From contig OZ193909.1 of assembly GCA_964276515.1 (NCBI GenBank), positions 5,952,001-6,016,000 on the forward strand: a stretch of 64,000 bases of DNA. The letters are read 5' to 3'. Shown in pieces: positions 1-11,871 of the stretch. Made by a program: the position numbers and the translations under genes. The notes below the pieces were generated by a model. That model saw only the letters and a program-made list of their open reading frames with translations, did not search any database and was not told the origin of the DNA. Positions within the stretch are counted from its first letter, which is position 1. Each line of letters begins with the position of its first letter. The DNA is from Gordius albopunctatus. Lineage: Eukaryota.

Positions 1-1
1 T

Positions 2-3000
2 AACTATGGTATATGTTTTAAAGTGAAAAATATTCAATTCAAAAAAGCTAGTTGTTACAATATACCCAAAAGCCAAGAACCTTCAATGACAGGTGACAAT
101 ACACATGTGGAATACAATGCAAAACAAGATGTCTGTAGAACACCAGGACAAATACATTCCCTAAAATCATCATTTAATTTTGTAAGTTTACCCAACAAAT
201 AAATATCATTTAATGCAACAATGTCATATAGAAGGTTTCATTTTTTTATTAAAATAAGTTTTTAATTAATTTAATTAACTGAGCACGTTTACCATGCTCT
301 ATATCTTTTTGCTAAATCATGACTACCTCCCTCTAACCCCCTTCAAATAAATTGGCCTAAAACATGGCTATAATAATATTTATAAAGTTATTATTATATA
401 TGTAATTAATATGGGAAAGCGAGTTAAGTGCATCTAATAATGTGAAAAGTGCTAGTTGTGGCACTCAGATCAATTTGGTGGGCTATGTAAGGTGTTAAAG
501 GGCAGAAGGTACAGGCTAAAGGATTAGGTTTAACAAGGAATAAGTAATGTGACATGCTGAATTCAGGGAAAATACTTTGTGTGAAGATCAGTGGGATGCT
601 ATTCCCTGCAAAATGTGGTCAACTGGATAATTGGCATTAAGTGAAAGCAAGCTTATTAAAGAATTTAAGGAGTTCTGGCGGTGGAACAAATAAGTGCAAA
701 AATGGAATTTACCTAGCTGAGTGGATCTCAAATAAGGAAGTCAAAGCTCCTATAAGTAAACCTAAATATGGAAACATACTCTGGACAACATTGAATTTCC
801 AACAACATCTTGAAGCAGGTTAAATGCCTATCGAGAAAGGCATATCAATTTACAAGAACATTATGAAAAGTGATATTCCGGATTGTAGCAACTATAGACG
901 GATAAAGTTCATGAGTCACACTTTTAAAGTTTTGACAAGTGATCAAAAAACATCTTCAAAGTTTAATAAAAATTTGAGACAACCAATTTAGGATTTATAT
1001 CAGATATCAACAGCTCGTGGTTTGAACAGTGTTAGAAGATTAATGGAAATGTTAAGGGAAAAGGAGAAGGATTTGCACATCTGTTGTATCGAAATAGAAA
1101 AGCGTTTGATAAAGTTCCTAGAACATTAGTTTGGAAATTTGGTGCCAGAGTTTTATGGGAGGGCCATAGATGCTATGTCAAGGGAATTAGAGCATTTGTT
1201 AGAACTACAAATGGGACAAGTTTTGCCATTAGCATTGGAGTCCATCAAAGTTTAGCTTTTATTCCCTTTCTAATCATAATGATAATGAATAGTATTACAA
1301 AGGGAGAGGAAGCACCATTACCAGATGTTTGCAGACCATATAATCCTGTGTGCTAAGGTGAACACTGGTTAGTACTTTGAACAGATCAGTCAATGCCACA
1401 AAAGAAAGTAATATCAGAAATCTATGAAGAAAAGTATAAATTAGATTGTAATCCACAACGTGCATCCCTTAAAAGTATGGGAAGATAGAAAAGTGTAAAA
1501 TTCAAATAATATACACATCATGCAGATGGTCGAATGTGCAAAAACCCAAGAGAAAATTAATGCTTGATGACTTAAATGGAGGGATTTAGCAAGAGTTTTG
1601 CATGACAAAATAATTTAAACAAGACTGAAAGGTTAAGTATAGCTCGAAATAAGGGCTATATGGAACAAGCAAGATCAACATTTAGCATCTATGGAGATGA
1701 GAATGCAAAGATATATGTTAGGGGTAAACAAGAAGGAACACTGCAATGATGAAATAATCAGTAATATAAGTACACCTTATATGAAGCAATAGCTTGTAAC
1801 AGATTCAGATGTTATGGAGATGTAAAAAGACAAGTGGTGGCTGTCAGAAAGAAATTGAAAGGAAAAAACACAGGGAAAAGGAAAAATATGAAGACCTTAA
1901 CTTACATGGAATTACAAATTAAAGCATGTTATGAAAACATATTAGACAAAAAAGATATATGTAAATAAAAGACAAATGGAATTTAATGTTAAATGGACTG
2001 TCACTGGCATACGTGACAAACAGTCATAAAATAGTTATGACGTTTTACTCGTGAAGTTCACTATAAGCATGCCCATAAAGTTCATATCTTTAGCATCCTG
2101 ATTCTCAGCCGCTTGACAAATTTTATGCAATTGTCCAACCTCTTCCAACTAGGTTTTTATTATTACTAGACATTTAAGGTTTATAAAGTAGTTTAAGACT
2201 TTAAATTGGTAAGTCTGGATAAAGTTAAGATATATAGAAATTGATAATTGATCCCTACTATTTTAGCAGAAAAAGAGCATTGTTTAAGGAATATCTTGGT
2301 TAAAATGGAGTATCTATTATAAAACATACAGAAATCTATAGGCACACAATTGACAAACTAAACAAAATAGAATAATTGCAATGAAAATGTTAATAAGCTA
2401 ATATTAATTTAATTCCGCAGTCTTTTTAATTCTCAAAGCTATTATTCTATAACAATATTTGAATAAGATAGAAATCAATCGAAAGTTCTTCACACAATTC
2501 AACAAATGTTTCCACTCCAGCAACCTGTAATCAATCTCAACACCATTACATTTCCATGACTCCGCAGCCAAAAGAATTCAAAGATTTCACCAAAAATAAG
2601 CGCGAAAACAACGTAATTTTTGCTGAGAAGTTTGATAAAACTCCCCCTAATCCTCAAAGCTACCGTAAATGCGGCTCAAAAACTGCTCCCCAAAGGAGGA
2701 AACACATTTTGATGCTCAAAAATATGGCGCAAAACGGTTCCTATCCTATCTTAGGAACTCCGGATTACTTGGCACCTGAGATTATCTTAAATAGGCCTCA
2801 CGGTAATTTAAAAAATGTTTCATCTGTCTAGAAGATTCGGTGTTAATTTATATCAATTGAAATTGTTTTTTCGGTTATGATGTTTAAAGAATAATACAGC
2901 ACACTTAATCCTATATTAAAATGTTTGGATTAGGTTTAAAGGTTAATAAATCATATAAATACGATTATTTAATTGCTTTTTTGTGTATAACCAATTTAAT

Positions 3001-4334
3001 CGGGGTTTGGGCCACAAAAACCTAAAGATATGTTATTATATAAACAAGATATTGATGTTATACCACTTAATAAAATATCATTGATTTTGATACAGGTGCA
3101 AGTTCTGACTGGTGGTCTTTGGGTGTCTGTTTGTTCGAATTTTTGATCGGGTACCCGCCTTTCAACGATACTGACCCAGAAACTATATTTGATAACATCT
3201 TAGACAGAAGTACATATAAATTACGTGTACTATATGTATGCCGAAAATTTTAGAAGACTTTTCTAACTAAAATTTAGCAGTTTATTTTGTATTACGTAAC
3301 TATTGAGCATCTGAACCATTTATTTGAATAGTTATAAAAAAACGAATAAACTAAGTATTTTTATTACTATTGTCTTTAATGTGATAATTTATTTAAGTTG
3401 GGGGTCTTAACGCTCTAACATCACATTATCTGGAAATGGGTTGATGTTGATTAATATTTAATGTATTTATGGTGGTTAAGTAAGATATTCTTTTCCCAAT
3501 GCAATTATACCTTGTAGGCTGGGTTTTGTTAAGTTTGGTTTTACTAGGACTAACTGTCGTTTCTGGTTTAATTTTCAAATTTAGACTAAGCCTAGAGGTC
3601 GGCTCAGAAAACAGACCAAAATAACTTTGGTTTTTTTTTGTTTAATCGACTAAAACCAAAAGTCGATCAAACATTTTAACAACACTACTTAGTAATCTCT
3701 TTCGTTCTGCTTAAAAGCTATTATGTGGCCTATAGAAGAGGAAGCTCAAGTGTCAGTGAGCGCGATGGAATCAATTCTATCATTGCTGTGTCTAAATCCA
3801 AAAGAGCGGGCGACTTTGGACGGTAATATTAACGTATATTAGAATTTGATGTGTAGTAATTTTAATACTAAATTATGGTACACTCGAAAATAATCTGTAT
3901 ATTTTTCGAATCGGTTTATATTATCCTTTAGCCTAATAGAGCCTTGAAATATTACTAATTCATGTGGTAGAACTTTAAAGGATTAATTAAATAATCTTGT
4001 GGCGTTATTATTAGACAAGTTAAATGAAATTTTGAAATTGCTGTAACATACGTTAAATTGAAACCAATGTAATTGTTATGGATCAACAGCTTAAACATTT
4101 TCCATATTTTTTAGACCTTCAAAAGCAACCTTACTTTCGGCACATAGATTGGGCAAATTTGTCAACGTGCAAACCACCATTCATTCCAAACCCCGACAAC
4201 GAGACCGACACATTTTATTTCGGTTTTAAAATTTTAAACATAATTTTTTATCATTTTTCTGTATTAATTTGTTTAATTACATTTTAGCTCGCAAATCTAT
4301 CATACCAACAACAATGGCTGAATTGGAACTGTAA
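2..4334 (+). CDS. MASTL: Greatwall/MASTL serine-threonine kinase, 3' part (5' end outside the window)
   Basis: Phase-compatible GT-AG exons at 2-181 ([12 protein letters not shown]), 2472-2802 ([14 protein letters not shown]), 3096-3209 ([21 protein letters not shown]), 3718-3822, 4115-4222 ([16 protein letters not shown]) and 4288-4334 (ARK...stop). [14 protein letters not shown] and the AGC tail are characteristic of Greatwall. Confidence 0.9.
560..1990 (+). mobile_element. Decayed RTE-clade LINE fragment in a Greatwall intron
   Basis: Broken RT motifs: [17 protein letters not shown] (~880-930), KAFDKVPR and GVHQ in ORF 1084-1356. Many stops and frameshifts; boundaries approximate. Confidence 0.75.
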
Positions 4335-7232
4335 AATCAATGAAGAAAATAAATGTTGTCTATCTGGCGTGTTATAATAATAGAATTTTAATGCCTTTAG
4401 AAAACGAGCGCCTTGTTGGAGAGTTTAATTAAGTGTAGCGATGTGAGATAAAGTTTTAAACTAACCTAATATTTGACCAGGTGCATGGACTAGGTTGTGA
4501 TATTGGTTACTAAATAAATAGCCGTGATATAAATTTATCTTGTCAAAATTGATCCCTAACCATCATGCAACGCCTGCACCATTTTTAAGAGCATTTTAGT
4601 AAATCATGTAGTAACAATTTAAATGTTTCTTTTGCTAATTACAAAATACTTTTAAATATGAAATATATTTTGTCAAATTCACCACTGTCAACCTAAAGTT
4701 CATAGATGCTAATTTTAAAAATAAGCACCACTATTTTGATCCAAACAAAAAGGCCTTTCGCATCAAGCATGTCAGATAATCTAGGCGTCTGTCTAATGTA
4801 GCATCTACGTTGTTTGCCTAAATGAGTAGAAGATTAGCGGACTAGAGTTGTCAACTAAAAATTGGTCAAGAGTTTCCAAGAATAGGAATTGGTCTTAAGG
4901 ATTAAAAAAATATTTAACCAATCAAAGACTCGATAAAATGGCTTATTAAAATTAATATTATCGTTGCGGAAAACTCAAGTGAATAATAAAGTAAATAGTT
5001 GAATGTCTATGAACTAAATTACAAACAAAAAATGCACAGATTTCTACCCTTGTTACAAAATTTTAACCAAAGAAATATTTTTACCCTTAGGAGAAGGTTT
5101 GCAGAACTTCAAAATACTCTTTGGTTTCGAAATAATGAATATTTATTTGCTCAAATCAAATTAAGCTCTATAACAATTAATTTTTTCATAATTTTAATTT
5201 AACAATACTAATAGACAGCTCCAAAATCAATTCAAGCAAAGTGCCATTTAGATTTAATATCCAAGTTTTTTTAATGACCGTTAATGTTAATCTTTTTAAG
5301 ATCAAGCCCGAAGTGCACCGTCTATTTATGACAGAATTGTTAAGCTCGTTCGATCTTACAATTTTATTTGTTTTAAATATTTATTGGGAAATAACTTATT
5401 TGTTTATAAATTTAAGCAAAATAATTACATTTTCGAGTTTACTTTTTCCAAATCATGACATCAATTTATTTTACCTTAGTTCCATATTGTAACTCTTATG
5501 CTATAAACCACTTTCATATATTAGTATCCTCACGAACAATCATTGCTCACCCAAAATAACTTGCTCTAACCGTGGAATCATCAAAGATACCATATCCTTT
5601 CTTCCATACACAAATATCCCATCTGTGCGAATCTAATTAAAAATAGTAAAAACCCATAAAGTCTAGATTAAAAAACACCAGGCCTTGCTGATTTAATATT
5701 TTAGAGCGACTACATTGCAAAGTCAATGAGAAGTATACAAAACTAAGGAAAACAAAGGGTCGTGATCACGTCGGAGGAGTTTTAGGCTTGTATTGAATAT
5801 TTACATTGATATGAATGGTAAGTTCCAACAAACAGTAGTGTTTCGATCTCGTCTCGGTCTCGAAAGCAAAATCTCGTCTCGGCAGCGATTATGAAAATCT
5901 CGTCTCGGTCTAGAGAAATCTCGTCTCGACTTTAAAAAAAAATATATACGGAATAAAAAATTTCTCCTGTTTTATTAAAAATATTAAATAAGTTTGAAAA
6001 AATTAAAATGGCAAATTTTTATATTTTTTGATAAACTTTAATACACAAACTTTTTAATGATTTAGCGGGACACGACATCTCATTTTCAATATAAAGATAT
6101 GAATTCATTCAAAAAAATAAAATTTTCTATGGAAAGTGCAGACTAAAAAACTATAAATAAATTTGAAGTATAGAAAATTAAATTTTATTGTTCTAGCAAA
6201 TTATAAAGTTTGTATCAAATCACTGTGTTTGTCAACTATATAGACTTAGAAAATAATAATTTCGGTTATAGTTGACTTTGTTGCACAATTTAGCGAATTG
6301 AGACCCTTTATTAACCATGGCTAAAGCTTCAAAGTAGACTAACATATTTAAGGCAAACATTTAAGTCTATTAGTACCATCATTAATTACCCATAGTGTTC
6401 ATTGCATGTTTACTATAACGTTATAAACCACAAAGTGCAAGTGATTTTTAATGATAATATTATTAATTACAGAATTGATAACTAGATGCACATATAAAAA
6501 CGGGTAGAAACAACAATAAAAGCAGCATTATTATAGGATTAGGAATATGAGGTTTTAAACTCTAAATTGCACGCATTTAAATTTATGACAAAAATCATTA
6601 CAATCAAATTTATATTCCAAATAATTATCTTACAATTCTAACTAACTTTGACATTAAATATTTATTTATCGAATATAGTTGAAGCATAAAACTTCTAGAA
6701 AACTCATGCTTTAGATTTAATCTATTGCGGTGTCATTAAATAATCTATTGTACTTTTGAAATCGTTAGGCGTGTTCTCAAAAATCTCGAGCCACCTTAGC
6801 TTAACTAGTTTAATTATTCAAACTGATTGACCACCAATTTATAATTACCGCATTATGCACGATGAGTAACTGCGAAATATAAATATGCTTTGTTTATATT
6901 TACTATTCAATCAGAACTCATTCTAAGCCTATAATTTTGTAATATTTAATAATGCTATGGATTTAAATATGTGATAAAGATATTTGAAATGAAATCCTGG
7001 AATCGTTTATTAATAATGGTTTATTCTAATTTGTGACACGAATCAAATTGCATAAGAACTCACAACATCTGATATCAACATCAAAACATGTGCACTAGGT
7101 ATATAGAACTAAACGATATTAATAATAATGTGTATATCAAATATAAACGATATTAATACTAATGTTTATATCAAATATTATAAAACATACATAACTTACA
7201 AACATAACATTTCCCCTCGCCGTCTATTAGGA

Positions 7233-8090
7233 CTAAATTTCTTTTATCAACCGTCTCGGGGGTTTTCTATTTCTGGTTGATTTCCTTTGACTGCTCTGAC
7301 ATTCTGGATATTCCACGTTAGAGGTCGGAGTTGATGTGCAGTCGTCAGAACTATCTCCAGTGTCCTCGGGCCTGTGGGTATCCATGGCACTCGAACGATC
7401 TCTGAACTGGTCACTATGTTTCCGCATGTGTTTACTTAGTGTTTCCACTAAGTACGAACATGGGCCGTTGCGTTTTATTATCTTCCCCGTTCTCCAACCT
7501 TTATTAACTTCGTTTTTCCCCCATACTAATTGGCCAGGAATGAATTCTCTATTCTCCGCCTGCGCATCATGTCTTTTTTCCTGTTCATCAATTTTTAGTT
7601 CCATGAATTTATTTTGAGTTGGACGTACCAAATCCATCAAAGTTTTAATATTTCTTCCAATTAACGCCTTTGATGGTGACCTTCCGGTAGATGAATGTTC
7701 GCTGATGCGATATCTGGTCAGAACCTCAATCATGCATTCATTCGGATCAGTATTGTATTCGCGTGTGGCACCATAGCGAGATTTCAAGGTCTTAATGGCT
7801 CTTTCGACAAGGTCATTGGTTTTGGGATGATAGGGAGTCGCTTTAATATGTTTGATATGGTATTTATCGCAAAAACCCTCCATTTCCCAGCTTCGAAACT
7901 GCGGCCCGTTGTCTGTCACTATTTGCTTAGGAACTCCCCACCTAGCAAACCAATCTCGCAGTTTCTTCAACGTAACTTTAATTGTCGAACTTCGTAGTAA
8001 CTCCGATTCGATCCATTTGGAATAGGAATCTATCACCACCAGCCAATAATAAACATCCACCTTTCCCATAGATTTTCTGTTATGTACCAA
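7233..8090 (-). CDS. Gypsy integrase core ORF
   Basis: VIDSYSKW, TDNGPQF, PYHPKTN..VER: DDE triad present. Confidence 0.85.
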   Translation of the reverse strand: MVHNRKSMGKVDVYYWLVVIDSYSKWIESELLRSSTIKVTLKKLRDWFARWGVPKQIVTDNGPQFRSWEMEGFCDKYHIKHIKATPYHPKTNDLVERAIKTLKSRYGATREYNTDPNECMIEVLTRYRISEHSSTGRSPSKALIGRNIKTLMDLVRPTQNKFMELKIDEQEKRHDAQAENREFIPGQLVWGKNEVNKGWRTGKIIKRNGPCSYLVETLSKHMRKHSDQFRDRSSAMDTHRPEDTGDSSDDCTSTPTSNVEYPECQSSQRKSTRNRKPPRRLIKEI

Positions 8091-8358
8091 GAATAAAGGG
8101 GAACCTCAGGTCGATTACATCTATTCTTCTGACACCCACACATGTCCGAACGTGTATTTCGATATCTTTATCCAAGTGTGGTCAATACATGTATAACCTG
8201 GCGATGGATTTCATGGAGTAAATCCCTGGATGACCCCTATGAATAATATTCAAAACTTGTTGCCTAAGCCGCGATGGAACCACTATCAATCCGTTAATGT
8301 AAATGACTCCCTTGTCTTGTTCCATTTCATTCTTTCTATCGAAAAATACCTGCAGTTC

Positions 8359-8979
8359 CTAGCTAATCACATTTTTGTCCGTTGGCCAACCATTGTCTAT
8401 AAATCTTTTTAATATTCTTAAATTCGAATCATTATGTGACTCCCTAATTAACACTTCTTCTGTCAGGTGCAAATCTTGCAAATTAAGGAGACGGATATGA
8501 TAAGTTGAATTACTTTTATAAAAATTGACTTTATCCGCATACGACGCCGATACCAGTAAGCGTGATAATGCATCCGCACATACATTCTCCTTGCCAGGAA
8601 TGTATTCAATAGTATAGTTATAAGCAGACATCTTCCATGCCCACCTAACTAACCGATTGTTGCTTTATTTGGTAAATCTCGTGTGGCTCCAAATATTCTT
8701 TCCAGAGGTTTATTATCGGTCCTTAGAATAAATCTACGGCCTAGCAGGTATGTATGAAATTTTTTCATACCAAAAAACTAAGGCTTTTGCTTCTCTGTCG
8801 ATTGGTGAATATTGTTTCTCTCCATCAATTAGCGTTCTTGACGCATATGCGATTGGTCTTTTATTATTTTTAATTAGATGATAGAGTACAGCTCCAAACC
8901 CCATTTCTGAAGCATCGCATTCAAGAATTAATGGAAGTTCATTCGAGTAGGGTACTAAGGTCGATTGGTCTGATAACAA
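8359..8979 (-). pseudogene. Gypsy RNase H/connection fragments (frameshifted)
   Basis: LECDASEMGFGAVL, PIAYASRTL, YSPIDREA, YIPGKENVCADALSR split over two ORFs. Confidence 0.8.
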
Positions 8980-9898
8980 AGCTTTGAACTTCTTCCGTTT
9001 GAGACCACACCCATTTGGCTTTGACGCTCGTCTTGGGCCCCAGTATCATAATCCATTAGAATGGAATGTCCATTCAACTTAACCGTAATTGTGGCTCGCT
9101 TAGCTCGTTGTCCAAGACGTTTTATAAAATCAGCAGATTCATAATCGAGGACACGATTTAGGGTGCTACGACAGCATACGGCAAAGTGTCCTTTCTTGTT
9201 GCATTTGTAGCACACAGCATTGAATGCTGGGCAACGATTTCTTTGATGCTCTTTTTGGCATCTATAACAATTTGAGGTTTTGCCGTATCCTTTCTTTGTA
9301 TGATCGGGCTGTCGAGTATGAGTGGAGGTTTGATTTTTTATTTTATAGAGCATTTCATCTTTTCCTTCGTGGTAATTGCCATGTTAATCACTCTATCCAA
9401 AGGTAAAGGATTTCCATTCTCGTCCAATGTGTCAGGATATTTGCTCCTTAGTTCCAATTCCAACCTTTTCAATTTGCATGCATATACGAAATGATCTCGG
9501 CAACGTTCGTCAATATCCGACTTGTAGTTGCACTTGCTAATACATGTTTTTATTCTTCTTATCAATTCTAATATAGTTTCTCCGTTTTGTCTAGTAATGT
9601 TCAAAAGTTCAAATCTGGAAGCGAAAACTGTTTGGGGGAGTTGATATTTTTGATATAATATCTTCTCAATATCTTTCCACTTGGCATCTTTCAGTGAAAT
9701 GGGATATAATAATTGCCTGAGTTCTTTAATAGTTCCTAGCCCTATAAAGGCAAGCAAAACTTTTTTCTTGTTTGTGTGAGTAGCCTCGATTCCTTTGATT
9801 TCAAACATAGCTTCCAAGTTGAATATGTAATTCTCTATGGAATGTAAATACGGATTAAATTCAGACAAATGGATTTTAGATAATTTGGTTTCCTCCAT
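8955..9898 (-). pseudogene. Gypsy gag with zinc knuckles and truncated protease
   Basis: Gag-like ORF 9338-9898, frameshifted into CYRCQKEH..CPA..CYKCNKKGHFAVC and MDYDTGA. Confidence 0.8.
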
Positions 9899-10644
9899 AT
9901 TTAAATGTTGCCTAAAACAATTTATTTATATACTTGTTCTTTTATCCTCGTCGCCACTGAAATGAAATCCTGGAATCGTTTATTAATAATGGTTTATTTT
10001 AATTTGTGACACGAATCAAATTGAATAAGAACTCACAACATCTGATATCAACATCAAAATATGTGCACTAGGTATATAGAACTAAATGATATTAATAATA
10101 ATGTGGATATCAAATATAAACGATATTTATAACAATCTGTATATCAAATATTATAAAACATAACATAACGTACAAACATAACAATATTATAAAATTATTC
10201 ACATACCCTAAGGGTCAACAATGCTTAGGTAAATGTTGCAAAAAATATAATATTTACAGGAATTTTTTTAATTTCAAATATATTCCATACGTATTGATTT
10301 ACACTTAATACCTTAAATGCAAATCATACAAATTAAAATACACAATAATTTACTAAAATATAGCGATAAAAAAGTCGAGATCTCACCGATAAAATCTCAT
10401 CTCGATCTTGACTCCATCTTTTGAATTCTCGTCTCGTCTCGACATCAAAATTGTCGTCTCGACATCAAAATTGTCGTCTCGACATCAAAATTGTCGTCTC
10501 GACATCAAAATTGTCGTCTCGATCTCGACTCCATTTTTTGAATTCTCGTCTCGTCTCGGTTTTTCGAGACGAGACGAGATGAGCCCGAGATTTTTCTCGG
10601 TTTTTCCGCATCACTAAAATATATTGTTCATAATATGTCCTATG

Positions 10645-10801
10645 CATGGGCGTATCCAGCGTTTGAATTAGAGGGGGGCAATAATTATTTTGGAGAGGCA
10701 AAATGATAATTTTCTTGAAATTTTAGCCATCATTTTAATAAATTGCATTTTTTTTTTGATTTTTAGGGTGCAGCTGCCTATCCCTGCCCCCCTTGGGTAC
10801 G
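10645..10801. mobile_element. CATGGGCGTA-TIR MITE family (at least 10 copies in the window)
   Basis: Related copies at 13413-13566, 14451-14602, 32695-35853 (interrupted), 38123-38291, ~48053-48205, ~49225-49340, 49370-49591, 52183-52343, ~59370-59480 and 61231-61379. 8-bp TSDs (perfect AATGACAA at 61231-61379) indicate the hAT superfamily. Confidence 0.85.
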
Positions 10802-10843
10802 ATAGCTTTTTTGATTAATTAACAGGTTTGCTGATGTAGTCAT

Positions 10844-11339
10844 TGTTGTAGTTGGCCATTCTAATTAAGCGTGAGAAACTAGTTATCGACTGCGGCAGAT
10901 TCATAATTAAGCGTGAGAAACTAGTGATCGTCTGCAGAGATTCCTAATTAATGATTTGTTTAAGGCACTAATTAGAAGCAGACGAACATGTAAAAGGCGT
11001 GCCTCATATTAGTGGAGATGTGTAGTATATCGAACTGTCGGCATCCCTCATACAGAGTGAGAAGTGCATCGACAGGGTTTAAATAGCGAGAAGTTGACCA
11101 TGCATGATAGAGTCAGTTATTTAATTTGTTATTTTTAGTCCTGCGGGAGTAGATATTTAGTTTTCTAATCGGGACGGTAGTCCTGCGGAGGGAGGGGAAT
11201 ATGTTTATTTTTCATTTTAGACACACCATCCAGCGGCAATTATCTAACAAGAGCCAGACGTTCCTTAATCCGATACCTTCCTTTTGCCCGTAGACGATAA
11301 CTAGTTTCTCACGCTTAATTAGAATGGTCAACTACAACA
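10844..11339. mobile_element. MITE with ~45-bp TGT...ACA TIRs (Ginger-like ends)
   Basis: TGTTGTAGTTGGCCATTCTAATTAAGCGTGAGAAACTAGTTATCG is inverted at the right end. Flanks GTCAT/GTCGT. Interior recurs inverted at ~42260-42415. Confidence 0.75.
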
Positions 11340-11871
11340 GTCGTTTAAAAAAATTTACATTTTATTCAACTTTGTTTTTTGCATTTCAAAGTTATACGTC
11401 GGGACGGACAAACATTTGGTACAACACTTGTATTTACACTTATTAAAACTAATTATCATTTAAAGTTTAAATTATCATAAAAAACCTTAAGAAAATGTTC
11501 AAAACGTTGTGACAATTGTTGCCTTTGCTCATCGAATGTATTTTAAATTTAGTCAATAAATTCTCTGGCTATTTAAAAATACAAAAATTTGTATTTTTAA
11601 TATACAAGTTTTGTTATAATTGAGTAAAATAATATAAAATTACTTTAGCTTTGATATCTACTAATATTATGCTATAATCTAATTATTTTGATTATGAAAA
11701 TTTACATACTTATTTTTGATAGAAATTCGATCTAATAATAATTTTTTAAACCTTGACTACATTTCAACTAAAAACCATCGAAAACTAACATTATTTATCG
11801 TTTTACTAGATTTTGATGCTATACCACTAAAATTTAAATTCAAAATTATCAAATAGTATTCATAGATACAA

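Larger units (their letters stand above)
6985..10183 (-). mobile_element. Ty3/Gypsy LTR retrotransposon with RT deleted
   Basis: LTRs at 6985-7209 and 9958-10183 (TG...CA, about 12 differences). 5-bp TSD ATATT. PBS TGGCGACGAGGAT at 9944-9956, complementary to the tRNA-Ser(GCU) 3' end. PPT at 7210-7222. Contains gag, CCHC knuckles, protease DTGA, an RNase H fragment and integrase. Confidence 0.95.
5836..10616. mobile_element. Non-autonomous hAT-like element (CGAGA-rich subtermini) interrupted by an LTR retrotransposon
   Basis: TAGTG...CACTA ends and TCTCGTCTCG arrays at both ends, including a 20-bp tandem at ~10437-10520. Homologous throughout to the inverted copy at 40229-42104. No TSD seen for this copy. 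Confidence 0.8.

Noticed and set aside
4999..5640. ORFs and an exon-like minus-strand stretch after Greatwall
   Set aside because: All frames tried hit stops and no recognisable motif was found.
7336..7997. Plus-strand ORFs of 93 and 100 aa
   Set aside because: Antisense shadows of the integrase ORF.
10408..10701. ORFs over the 20-bp tandem, and a possible CRISPR-like array
   Set aside because: Contiguous identical units with no spacers, lying in a transposon subterminus; eukaryotic context.
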